A stretch of 64,000 nucleotides of DNA, from NCBI GenBank assembly GCA_036558225.1, contig DATBGA010000085.1:6526-70525 (forward strand). The letters run 5' to 3'. Each line of letters begins with the position of its first letter. Within the stretch, counting starts at the first letter, position 1. Of the stretch, positions 44,315-53,056 are shown one piece after another. Below the pieces are notes generated by a model. The model ran no database searches and was not told where the DNA came from. It saw only the letters and a program-made list of their open reading frames with translations. The translations under genes were made by a program, and so were the position numbers. The stretch is from Candidatus Methylomirabilota bacterium (GTDB lineage: Bacteria > Methylomirabilota > Methylomirabilia > Rokubacteriales > DASRDR01).

Positions 44315-44763
44315 GGCGTCCCTCCGGCTCGAGTCACTGCCGAGTCAGACATCGGTGGGTCGGCGCTGACGCGCGGGGCACTCGACGCCCGGCCGCGGCG
44401 CGACCATCGCCCCGTAACGGCGCGATTCTCCCGAGGTTGCCGCGACCCTGTCAAGGGCCATCCCCCTCGCGGAGGCCGGAACTCGTGAACCGCTTCACGG
44501 AGGCCCGAAAGATTGACACCGTCGAAGCGATGAAGTAGCGTGCCCGTTCAGCGTGGCGGACCGGCGAGACTTGCGGGGCCTGCGCTGGCGAGCGTCGGCA
44601 GTCCGCGGCGGCCACTGACGTTCGTCATCGTCCGGGCTCGACCGCGGCGGGCGGTCCCATTCACCGGGGCGGATTCCTGCGGGTCTTGTCCTCGCACCCG
44701 AATTGGGTGTAGGGATCCGTCGAGGTAGTCATGTCTTTTCGACTAGTTGCGGTGGGAGGTGTC

Positions 44764-44779
44764 TGGCACGGTTGCTGCA
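44764..44779 (+). promoter_or_regulatory. sigma-54 (-24/-12) promoter
   Basis: TGGCAC-GGTTG-CTGCA against TGGCAC-N5-TTGCA (10 of 11 positions, exact spacing). Intergenic, with the predicted TSS about 5 nt before the ATG at 44795. Confidence 0.5.
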
Positions 44780-44794
44780 CTGCGTCACGGCGCG

Positions 44795-45220
44795 ATGATC
44801 GCTCAAGTTTCGAAGACGCGAGACGTGGTCTTCAGCGGAGCGCTGGCGGTGACCTCGACATCGCTGAAGGCGGTGGTCCCGATCGACGCGGTGACCGGCC
44901 CCGTGACCATCACCAACGCCATCGGCACGACGACGAGCACCGCCATCTTCAAGATGCTGCCCAGGATCACCGGCTTCCCCCCGGAGGCCGAGCTGGGCAG
45001 CACGGTCGTCGTCAGCGGAACCAATCTCAAGAAGGGGGCGACGCATCCCGTCGTCAAGGTCGGGTCGGTTGCGGCGGTCGTCGTCGACTCGTCGCCGACG
45101 GAGGTGACGTTCACAGTTCCGCCCCTGGCGGTTAGCTCGAAGATCACGATCACCACGGCGGACGGCACCGCGACCGGCGCCATGAATCTGACCGTGATGC
45201 CGGGTTTCATCGGGATCTGA
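44795..45220 (+). CDS. small IPT/TIG-repeat protein (one partial and one complete Ig-like repeat), possibly a gene fragment
   Basis: PRITGFPPEAELGSTVVVSGTNL...VKVGSVAAVVVDSSPTEVTFTVP...ITITTADGTATG is a typical IPT/TIG repeat. No signal peptide and no SD. Start is uncertain. Confidence 0.5.
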   Translation: MIAQVSKTRDVVFSGALAVTSTSLKAVVPIDAVTGPVTITNAIGTTTSTAIFKMLPRITGFPPEAELGSTVVVSGTNLKKGATHPVVKVGSVAAVVVDSSPTEVTFTVPPLAVSSKITITTADGTATGAMNLTVMPGFIGI

Positions 45221-45224
45221 AGAG

Positions 45225-45241
45225 GCCCGGCTGAGCCGGGC
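45225..45241 (+). terminator. short stem-loop after the IPT/TIG ORF
   Basis: GCCCGGC-tga-GCCGGGC lies 4 nt after the stop. No U-tract. Confidence 0.3.
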
Positions 45242-45252
45242 GAGCGCGGCCC

Positions 45253-45340
45253 TCAGCCCCTGGCGGCGCCGCCCTGCCCGCGGAGGTCGAGGACGCACCC
45301 TGGCGACGCGCCGCGGCCTCGGCTATCCTCCAGGGCGAGC
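45253..45340 (-). pseudogene. remnant of the 3' end of a paaK-like gene
   Basis: Minus frame reads ...LEDSRGRGASPGCVLDLRGQGGAARG*. The intact PaaK at 58982 ends ...IERSAGKAKRVLDLRGQGG*. No upstream PaaK body exists; the PIG-L gene starts at 45491 on the other strand. Confidence 0.4.
45268..45296. repeat. left copy of a 29-nt direct repeat (28/29 identical to 58986-59014)
   Basis: GCCGCCCTGCCCGCGGAGGTCGAGGACGC against GCCGCCCTGTCCGCGGAGGTCGAGGACGC. Confidence 0.85.
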
Positions 45341-45490
45341 GGCGATGCAGACCGGCACGTCTCCAGCTGCGCAGGAAACCGCGCGCGTCTCCACGATCGG
45401 CACGGGCAGGGCGGGCAGCGGTCCGCCGCGATGCGGAAGCCGTGCGCGTGATCGGGCGAGGCGGCGCGGCCGGCGCCCGCACGCCGCTTG

Positions 45491-46150
45491 ATGCGGCCGC
45501 TCTCGCTCGCCGGGGTCCATGACCGACCCCTCCGCGTCCTCTGCCTCGGCGCCCACTGCGACGACATCGAGATCGGCTGCGGCGGCACCATCCTCATGCT
45601 GGCGCGCCGGGTTCCCCGCCTCGCGGTGGAGTGGGTCGTGCTGAGCGGCGACGACGCGCGCGCCCGCGAGGCCCAGCGCTCCGCCGACGCCTTCCTCTCC
45701 GGGGTGGCGGCGCGCCGGCTGGTGGTCGAGCGCTTTCGCGACGGCTACCTCCCCTACCAGGGCGAGCGCGTGAAGGACTACGTCGAGTCCCTCAAGACGC
45801 GGGTCGATCCCGACGTGGTGTTCGCGCCCTACCGGGCGGACTGGCATCAGGATCACCGGTTCGTCGCCCAGCTGGCTTGGAGCACGTTCCGGGACCATCT
45901 GATCCTCGAGTACGAGACCCCGAAGTACGACCCCGAGCCCGGCGGGGCGCCGAACCTCCTGGTGCCGCTCGAGGACGACATCGCGGAGACGAAGGTGCGG
46001 TACTTGCTCGACGCCTACCCGTCCCAGGCGAGCAAGCCGTGGTTCACCCGCGACGTCTTCCTCGGTGGCCTGCGCCTGCGCGGAATCCAGGCTCGGGCCC
46101 GGTTCGCCGAGGCCTTCCACGCGCGCAAGCTGCTCCTGGCCGCCCCGTGA
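45491..46150 (+). CDS. PIG-L/LmbE family de-N-acetylase
   Basis: LGAHCDDIEIGCGGT and DWHQDH motifs. Confidence 0.85.
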   Translation: MRPLSLAGVHDRPLRVLCLGAHCDDIEIGCGGTILMLARRVPRLAVEWVVLSGDDARAREAQRSADAFLSGVAARRLVVERFRDGYLPYQGERVKDYVESLKTRVDPDVVFAPYRADWHQDHRFVAQLAWSTFRDHLILEYETPKYDPEPGGAPNLLVPLEDDIAETKVRYLLDAYPSQASKPWFTRDVFLGGLRLRGIQARARFAEAFHARKLLLAAP

Positions 46151-46200
46151 GTCGCCGAGATCACGCTGGACAGCCCGAGGGCCGGACGGCCGGCCCGGCC

Positions 46201-47037
46201 CTACACTCCCCGATCGCTGGGAGCCAGCCGACGGGACGCGGCATCCGGCGCGACCGGTTCCGCGGGCGCAGAGCGCCAGATCTTCCACGGCGTCTTGCCG
46301 GCGGCCTCCAACTCCTGCAGGGCCAGCCAGTCCTTGGGCGTGTCCATGCACGCCCAGAAGCCGTCGTGCGCGTACCCGAACAGCCGACGCTGGGCGACCA
46401 GCCGCGAGAAGAGCCCGTCGACCAGGTCCTCACCGGGCGCCAGCCAGTCGAAGATCTCGGGCCGGAACGCGAAGAAGCCGCCGTTGATCCGGAGGCCGGC
46501 CTCGGCGGCCAGCGGGAGGCCGTCCACCATTCCCCGGCGGTCCACCGAGACGAAGTGGTGGGTGGAGGGAAGGCGCACGGTGATCAGGCCGCCGAGCGCA
46601 CCGCTCGCCCGGAAGCGCGCGAGGAAGTCCGGGAGATCGAGGTCCGCCAGCCCGTCCGCGTAGTTCGCGAGGAACATCGCCCCGCCGAGGTATCCCCGGA
46701 CTGCCCGGAGACGCTCGCCGATGCTGGCGCGGAGGCCCGTCGGCACGAGCGTCACCGTCCACTCGTCGAGTGGCTCCGGGCGGACCCGCAGTCGATTCAC
46801 GCCTCCCGGGAGGGACTCCGCGGCGACGGGCTCCCACTCCCGCAGGAAGTGGCGCGCGATCCGCTGGCCGCCATGCCCGAGGCACAGGACGAAGTCGCGG
46901 TGCCCGTGACCCGCGTACCACCGCATGAGGTGCGTCAGGATCGGCTCGCGGCCGATCGGCACGAGAGGCTTCGGGACGCCCGGCGCATGCCCTCGCAGGC
47001 GGATCCCCTGGCCGCCGCAGAAGAGGACGACGGTCAC
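46201..47037 (-). CDS. rfbF: glucose-1-phosphate cytidylyltransferase
   Basis: VVLFCGGQGIRLRG...KPLVPIGREPILTHLMRWY...DGFWACMDTPKD is RfbF-like. Confidence 0.85.
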   Translation of the reverse strand: MTVVLFCGGQGIRLRGHAPGVPKPLVPIGREPILTHLMRWYAGHGHRDFVLCLGHGGQRIARHFLREWEPVAAESLPGGVNRLRVRPEPLDEWTVTLVPTGLRASIGERLRAVRGYLGGAMFLANYADGLADLDLPDFLARFRASGALGGLITVRLPSTHHFVSVDRRGMVDGLPLAAEAGLRINGGFFAFRPEIFDWLAPGEDLVDGLFSRLVAQRRLFGYAHDGFWACMDTPKDWLALQELEAAGKTPWKIWRSAPAEPVAPDAASRRLAPSDRGV

Positions 47038-47100
47038 GGCGCGGCGGGCCGGGGCGCTCGGGTCACGGCTCCCCTACGCGGGCGTGAGCGAGGCGAAGGA

Positions 47101-47631
47101 TCATTCGGCGAAGTCCGGGAACGACCGATCCCGATCCGAGACGACCCGGACGGACTCGGGCCACGGGATGGCGAAGGCCGGGTCGTCCCATCGAACCCCG
47201 CGCGCCGCCTCCGGCCGGTGGAACTCCGACATCTGGTACGCGACCTCGGTGCCGTCCGCCAGCGTCTGGAAGCCGTGCGCGACCCCCTCGGGGACATAGA
47301 GCATCCGGTAGGATCCCTCCCGCAGCTCGACCGCGACATGCCGCCGGAAGGTGGGCGATTGCCGGCGAAGGTCTACGATCACGTCGTGAATGGCCCCCCG
47401 AACACAGCGGACCAGCTTCGCTTCCTGATGGGGCGCGTCCTGATAGTGCAGGCCGCGCACCGTCCCGCGGCGCTCGGTGAAGGACACGCTGCACTGCACG
47501 AGCCGCGGGTTCAGCCCGTGCGCGGTGAACTCCTCCTGGCACCACGTGCGCGCGAAGAAGCCCCGGACGTCCCGATGCAGATCCGGCTCCACGATGAACG
47601 CTCCGGGCAGCAAGGCGGGCGTGAAGATCAT
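47101..47631 (-). CDS. rfbC: NDP-4-dehydro-6-deoxyhexose 3,5-epimerase (RmlC/RfbC cupin)
   Basis: DVRGFFARTW, RGLHYQ and YVPEGVAHGFQTL motifs. Confidence 0.85.
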   Translation of the reverse strand: MIFTPALLPGAFIVEPDLHRDVRGFFARTWCQEEFTAHGLNPRLVQCSVSFTERRGTVRGLHYQDAPHQEAKLVRCVRGAIHDVIVDLRRQSPTFRRHVAVELREGSYRMLYVPEGVAHGFQTLADGTEVAYQMSEFHRPEAARGVRWDDPAFAIPWPESVRVVSDRDRSFPDFAE

Positions 47632-47756
47632 GCGCGCCCGGGACCCAGGCTACACGCAGTCCTCACGGTGAGGCCGCCCGGCTCCATGCCGCCCCGAGCA
47701 TACACCGAAGGGGGACGGGGAGGCGGCAGGAACCCCCGCGCCCTCCGCCCGACGTC

Positions 47757-49280
47757 ATGACGAGCGCCGATCCGGGCGCGCTGAGCGAGCCACTCTCGGG
47801 TCGCGCCTGGGACTCGCCGACGGTTCGCCGTCAGTGGCGGCAGCGCGCCGCCTGCTACGCGGGCGCGGGCGTCCGGCGGGGCGACCTGATCTTCCTGCAC
47901 CACGGCAACACGCTCGAGCACTTCGTGGACCTGCTGGCGCTGTGGGCCCTGGGCGCCTCGGCCGCGCCCATCGACCCGAGGCTCACCGGCTTCGAGATCG
48001 AGACACTGGCGCGGAGCGCTCGCCCTCGCGCGTCGCTGTGGCCGGCGCCGCCGGGGGCCGACGTCGCCGCCGCGATGGCCGCCCTCGGCGTCGCGGTCCT
48101 GGAGTCACCCCACGCCAGCGACCTCACGGGTGGACGGAGCGCCGAGAGTCGCTCGATCGACGCGCTGGAGCCGGACCGCGACGCGCTCGTGCTCTTCACG
48201 TCCGGCACCACCGGCTCCCCCAAGGCCGTGGTCCACACTCACCGGTCGCTGCAGAGCAAGTGGGCGGCCCTCCGGGCCCACGTGGATCTCGGCGATCTCG
48301 AGCGGACCCTGTGCGTGCTGCCCACGCACTCCGGGCACGGTCTCGTCTGCAACGCGCTCTATCCGTGGCTGTCGGGCCGAGCCCTGGCCGTGCTCCCGGC
48401 GTTTCGCTCCGAGGCGATCCTGCGTCTCGGCGCGCTGGTGGACGAGCACGGGATCACCTTCCTGTCGTCCGTGCCTGCCCTCTGGCGGCTCGCCCTCAGG
48501 ACCGCCCGCGCGCCACGCGCCGGGACGCTGCGGCGCGTCTTCTGCGGATCCGCGCCGCTGTCGGCCGCGATGTGGCGCGACATCGCCGAGTGGACGGGAG
48601 CCGCCGCGGTCTCCAACGTCTACGGCCTCACCGAGACGGGCAGCTGGGTGGCGGGATCCGCGCCGGGAACGGCGCCCGAGGACGGGCTGATCGGGCTCCC
48701 GTGGGGCGCGACGCTCAGGGTGGGTTCGGACTCCGCCGCGCCTCATGAGATCCCGCCCGACCGGCCGGCGGCGGCCGACGCGGTCGGACCCGTGTGGGTC
48801 CGCACCCCCGCCCTCATGCGCGGGTATCTCGGACGGGAGGATCTGACCGCCAAGGCGGTCCGCGCGGGCTGGCTCGACACCGGTGACATCGGGTGCCTCG
48901 ACTCGGCCGGCCGCTTGCACCTCCGAGGGCGCCAGCGGGACGAGATCAACCGCGGAGGAGTGAAGGTCTACCCGACAGACATCGAGACGGTCGTCGAGCA
49001 GTTCGATCGGACCCTCGACGCCTGCGCCTTCGGATACGACGACGGGTCGGGCGAGGACGAAGTGGCGCTGGCGGTGGTGCTGAGCGCCACCGACGTCGCC
49101 ACGCTGCGGCGGCTCCATTCGTGGGTGCGCGAGCGCCTGGCGGGGTACCAGCTCCCCCGCCGCTGGTTCCTCGTGGAGGAGATCCCGCGGACCGCCGGCG
49201 GCAAGGTCAGCCGGCTCCAGGTCGCGGCGCGCTGCGCGGGCCTCCATCCGGTGGACCCGCGCGACCTGGCGGCGGGCTGA
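47757..49280 (+). CDS. adenylate-forming enzyme (AMP-dependent synthetase/ligase)
   Basis: FTSGTTGSPKAV, YGLTETG, TGDIG and a C-terminal GGKVSR lysine motif. Confidence 0.85.
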   Translation: MTSADPGALSEPLSGRAWDSPTVRRQWRQRAACYAGAGVRRGDLIFLHHGNTLEHFVDLLALWALGASAAPIDPRLTGFEIETLARSARPRASLWPAPPGADVAAAMAALGVAVLESPHASDLTGGRSAESRSIDALEPDRDALVLFTSGTTGSPKAVVHTHRSLQSKWAALRAHVDLGDLERTLCVLPTHSGHGLVCNALYPWLSGRALAVLPAFRSEAILRLGALVDEHGITFLSSVPALWRLALRTARAPRAGTLRRVFCGSAPLSAAMWRDIAEWTGAAAVSNVYGLTETGSWVAGSAPGTAPEDGLIGLPWGATLRVGSDSAAPHEIPPDRPAAADAVGPVWVRTPALMRGYLGREDLTAKAVRAGWLDTGDIGCLDSAGRLHLRGRQRDEINRGGVKVYPTDIETVVEQFDRTLDACAFGYDDGSGEDEVALAVVLSATDVATLRRLHSWVRERLAGYQLPRRWFLVEEIPRTAGGKVSRLQVAARCAGLHPVDPRDLAAG

Positions 49281-49293
49281 CGCGGCCGCGCCG

Positions 49294-49590
49294 ATGAGAT
49301 CCGATCGGCTCGACCGGGCCAAGCTCCTGAAGGAGCTCCGGACGCTCATCGTCAACGGCAGCCCCGGCCTGGACGGGAGCCTGTCCGACGGCGCTTCGCT
49401 GATCGCCTCCGGGCTGGTGGAGTCGACGACCCTGGTCAGCGTGGCGCTGTGGGTCGAGGACCGCATCGGCCGGGAGATGAACCTCGCGGACTTCGATCTC
49501 GCCGTGGAATGGGACTCCATCGACGCGATCCTGGACTTCGTGCAGCGGCACGCCGCCCGTCCCGGCGGGCATCGGTCGCGACACGGATAG
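49294..49590 (+). CDS. acyl/peptidyl carrier protein
   Basis: 98 aa. Phosphopantetheine-site-like LIASGLVESTTLVSVALWVED. Lies 13 nt after the ligase stop. Confidence 0.7.
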   Translation: MRSDRLDRAKLLKELRTLIVNGSPGLDGSLSDGASLIASGLVESTTLVSVALWVEDRIGREMNLADFDLAVEWDSIDAILDFVQRHAARPGGHRSRHG

Positions 49591-49600
49591 GGTTCCGGCC

Positions 49601-50713
49601 ATGTACGAGATCGTGAGCTACCGCTCCGAGCTCAAGCGCGAGGTCGCCCGGCTGCAGCGACATCTCTGGGGCGGCGACGAGGCCGTCAACACCGCCTACT
49701 TCGAGTGGAAGTACGAGCAGAACCCCTACCTCCCGGATCCATTCCTCTGCCTCGCCCTCTCCGAGGGCCAGGTGGTCGGCATGCGCGGCATGTTCGGGTC
49801 CTGCTGGGAGATCGGCCCGGACGCGACGCGCTTCGTGGTCCCGTGTGGCGACGACCTCGTCATCGCGCCCGATCACCGCCACCGCGGGCTGTTCGGTCGG
49901 ATCATGGACGCCACGGTCGCGGAGCTGGCCCGCCATAAGTATCCGGTGACGTTCAGCCTCAGCGCCGGGGTGGTGGCGCTGGCCGGGTCCCTCGCCAGGG
50001 GGTGGCGCTCCGTGGGCTCGGTGCGCGAGGTCTCCCGCGGCGCGGGGGCGCCGTCCCTCCCCTGGCGCCTGGCCAGGCGCGTCCGGGGTTGGCCGGGCGC
50101 GCGACGCTTGGCCAGGCTCGCCTCGCGCGTCGGGAGCGACCCGTTCCGGCACCTGGACACGATGGCCCGCCGCCTGCCCGCCGGCCCTGCGGTCTGGTGC
50201 ACTGCCGAGCCGCGCCCCGAGGCGATGGCCGACCTGGTCCATCGGCTCGGTCACGACAGCCGCATCCGCCACGTCCGCGACGCACGGTACCTGGCCTGGA
50301 GGTTCGCGAACCCGCTCCACGACTACCGCTTCCTCCTGGCCGGGGACGACCGGCTCGAGGGATACCTCGTCCTCCAGACCTACCGGCTGGTGGGGCGCGG
50401 CCGCGTCAACGTGGTCGACTGGGAGGCGTCAGGTCCGGATGTCCGCCGGGCCCTCCTGGGGGCGGCGATCGACTGGGGCCGCTTCGCGGGACTGAGCACC
50501 TGGACGATGGGCCTCCCTCGGGAGGTCGAGGTGCTGCTCGGCGAGAGCGGGTTCCTTCCCGTCGCCCGTCACCCCCTGATGCCCCAGGGCACGGCGGTGC
50601 TCGTGCGGGCGGTGACACGGTCGCCCGGCGAGTCCGGGCCGGCGCTCGGGGGCCGCCGCCTCCTGGATGCCGCGAACTGGGACATGCGCATGCTCTACTC
50701 CATGGCGGGATGA
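49601..50713 (+). CDS. GNAT-fold acyltransferase (370 aa, extended)
   Basis: GNAT motif A-like VIAPDHRHRGLFGRIMDATV. Directly follows the carrier protein gene. Confidence 0.6.
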   Translation: MYEIVSYRSELKREVARLQRHLWGGDEAVNTAYFEWKYEQNPYLPDPFLCLALSEGQVVGMRGMFGSCWEIGPDATRFVVPCGDDLVIAPDHRHRGLFGRIMDATVAELARHKYPVTFSLSAGVVALAGSLARGWRSVGSVREVSRGAGAPSLPWRLARRVRGWPGARRLARLASRVGSDPFRHLDTMARRLPAGPAVWCTAEPRPEAMADLVHRLGHDSRIRHVRDARYLAWRFANPLHDYRFLLAGDDRLEGYLVLQTYRLVGRGRVNVVDWEASGPDVRRALLGAAIDWGRFAGLSTWTMGLPREVEVLLGESGFLPVARHPLMPQGTAVLVRAVTRSPGESGPALGGRRLLDAANWDMRMLYSMAG

Positions 50714-50717
50714 GCCC

Positions 50718-51800
50718 ATGACCGAGCCCGCCCGGTCGCCTGCCCGCGTGCTCGTCACCGGCCACCGCGGCTACATCGGCGCCGTCCTGGTGCCGCTCCT
50801 GCGGGACCTCGGCCACGACGTCGTCGGCGTCGACTCGGATCTCTACCGAGGGTGCGACTTCTGGCCGGCGGCCGCGGACGGCCTCCCGACGCTCGCGGCA
50901 GACGTGCGCGACATCCGCGCGACCGACCTCGCGGGCGTCGAGGCGATCATCCACCTCGCGGCGCTGTCGAACGACCCCCTGGGAGACCTCGATCCCGAGG
51001 TCACCGACGAGATCAACCGCGCCGCCTCGGTGCGCCTGGCCCGCCTCGCCCGTGAGGCCGGGGTCGCCCGATACCTCTTCTCGTCGTCCTGCAGCAACTA
51101 CGGCGCGACGGGCGACGCGCCCGTGGACGAGGAGGGGATGCTCCGCCCGCTCACGCCGTACGCGATCTCCAAGGTCCGTGTGGAGCAGGAGGTGGCCCGG
51201 CTCGCCGACGCGCGGTTCAGCCCCACCTTCCTCCGGAGCGCGACGGCCTACGGCGTCTCTCCGCGCCTCCGCCTGGACCTGGTCGTCAACGACCTCGCAG
51301 CCTGGGCCGTCGTCACCGGGCGCGTGCGGGTGCGGAGCGACGGCACGCCGTGGCGCCCGCTCGTCCATGTGGAGGACATCGCGCGCGCCTTCATCGCGAT
51401 CCTGGCCGCCCCGCGAGCGGCGGTTCACAACCAGGCCTTCAACGTGGGCGTCTCCGGCGAGAACTACCGGGTCCGGGACCTGGCCGAGATGGTCAGCCGG
51501 GCGGTACCGGGCTCCCGGATCGAGTATGCGGAGGGCGCGGGGCCGGATCCCCGCAGCTATCGCGTCGAGTTCGGCAAGTTGGCGCGCGCCGTGCCGGCCT
51601 TCGTCCCGCGGTGGACGGTGAGCGCGGGGATCGGTCAGCTGGTGCACGCCTTCCGGGACGCGGGCCTCACGGGGGCCGACCTCGAGGACCCGCGCTTCCG
51701 CCGCGTCCGACGGGTTCGCCAGCTCATGGCCGACGGGTCCCTGGACGCCCGCTTGCGTCGGCGGGCGGAGGCGCCCGCGCGGACGTCCGGTGCGTCATGA
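50718..51800 (+). CDS. NAD-dependent sugar epimerase/dehydratase (extended SDR)
   Basis: VLVTGHRGYIG Rossmann motif, catalytic YAISK. Confidence 0.8.
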   Translation: MTEPARSPARVLVTGHRGYIGAVLVPLLRDLGHDVVGVDSDLYRGCDFWPAAADGLPTLAADVRDIRATDLAGVEAIIHLAALSNDPLGDLDPEVTDEINRAASVRLARLAREAGVARYLFSSSCSNYGATGDAPVDEEGMLRPLTPYAISKVRVEQEVARLADARFSPTFLRSATAYGVSPRLRLDLVVNDLAAWAVVTGRVRVRSDGTPWRPLVHVEDIARAFIAILAAPRAAVHNQAFNVGVSGENYRVRDLAEMVSRAVPGSRIEYAEGAGPDPRSYRVEFGKLARAVPAFVPRWTVSAGIGQLVHAFRDAGLTGADLEDPRFRRVRRVRQLMADGSLDARLRRRAEAPARTSGAS

Positions 51801-53056
51801 GCGCCGCCGCGCCTGACGCGGCCCCCGGAGGCGCGTGCCGCGTCTGCCGCGCGCCGCTCCGGCACACCCTGGTGGACCTGGGCGTCTCTCCGCTCTGCGA
51901 ATCCTACATCCCTGCCGAGCGCCTCGACGTCATGGAGCCCCACTATCCGCTGCACGCCTACGTCTGCGACGGGTGCTGGCTCGTCCAGGTGCGCGAGTAC
52001 GTGCGGCCCGAGGCGATCTTCACGGAGTACGCCTACTTTTCCTCTTACTCCGACTCCTGGCTCGCCCACGCGGCCGCCTACGTCGACCGGATCGTGCCGC
52101 GGCTCGGGCTCGGTCCGGGGAGCCTCGTCGTCGAGGTCGGCAGCAACGACGGCTACCTCCTCCAGTACCTCGTCGCCCGCGGCATCCCGGCGCTGGGCGT
52201 CGAGCCGGCCCGCAACGTCGCCGCCGCCGCGACCGAGCGGGGCATACCCACGATCGTCGACATGTTCGGGCGACGGGCGGCGCAGGCGCTCGTCGCCGCC
52301 GGGCGACGGGCGGACCTCCTGATCGGCAACAACGTGCTGGCCCAGGTGCCGGACCTCGACGACTTCGTCGCCGGCCTGGCCCTCGCGCTGGCGCCCGGCG
52401 GCGTCCTGACGCTGGAGTTCCAGCACCTCCTGCGCCTCCTCGAGGAGAGCCAGTTCGACACGATCTACCACGAGCACTTCTCGTACTTCTCCCTCGGGAC
52501 CGCCGCGCGAGTCCTGGCCGCCCACGGGCTCGCCGTGTTCGACGTCGAGGAGCTCCCGACCCACGGCGGCTCCTTGCGCGTGTACGCCGAGCGGCGGGAG
52601 CGCGCGGGACGCCCGGCGAGCGACCGGGTCCCCGCCCTCCTCGCGCGCGAGCGCGCGGCGGGGCTCGAGTGCCTGGATGCCTACGCCGGCTTCCGCGAGC
52701 GGGTCCACGAGGCCAAGCGGGCGCTCCTCGAGTTCCTCATCGGCGCCCGGCGTGCGGGCAAGCGCGTGGCGGGCTACGGGGCGCCCGGCAAGGGCAACAC
52801 CCTCCTGAACTTCTGCGGGATCGGGACCGACCTCGTCGAGTGCACGGTGGACCGCAACCCGTACAAGCAGGGAAAGTTCCTCCCGGGAAGCCGCATCCCG
52901 ATCTTCGCCCCCGAGCACATCGCGGCGACCCGGCCCGACTACCTCCTGATCCTCCCGTGGAATCTCCGGGAGGAGATCATGGGGCAGATGGCCGGGATCC
53001 GGGCCTGGGGCGGGCAGTTCGTCGTCCCGATCCCTCGCGTGGCCGTCTACCCGTGA
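51797..53056 (+). CDS. NDP-hexose C-methyltransferase (Zn-ribbon + class I SAM MTase + C-methyltransferase C-terminal domain; TylCIII-like)
   Basis: CRVCRAPL...DLGVSPLCESY, EVGSNDGYLL, HEHFSYFS. ATGA overlap with the upstream gene. Confidence 0.8.
   Translation: MSAAAPDAAPGGACRVCRAPLRHTLVDLGVSPLCESYIPAERLDVMEPHYPLHAYVCDGCWLVQVREYVRPEAIFTEYAYFSSYSDSWLAHAAAYVDRIVPRLGLGPGSLVVEVGSNDGYLLQYLVARGIPALGVEPARNVAAAATERGIPTIVDMFGRRAAQALVAAGRRADLLIGNNVLAQVPDLDDFVAGLALALAPGGVLTLEFQHLLRLLEESQFDTIYHEHFSYFSLGTAARVLAAHGLAVFDVEELPTHGGSLRVYAERRERAGRPASDRVPALLARERAAGLECLDAYAGFRERVHEAKRALLEFLIGARRAGKRVAGYGAPGKGNTLLNFCGIGTDLVECTVDRNPYKQGKFLPGSRIPIFAPEHIAATRPDYLLILPWNLREEIMGQMAGIRAWGGQFVVPIPRVAVYP

Noticed and set aside
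44600-44640. GCCACTG, which resembles the cobalamin riboswitch B12-box core.
   Set aside because: No other cobalamin-riboswitch elements are visible nearby (no GGGAA / GGTG..GAA..CC stems), and the downstream gene is unrelated to B12.
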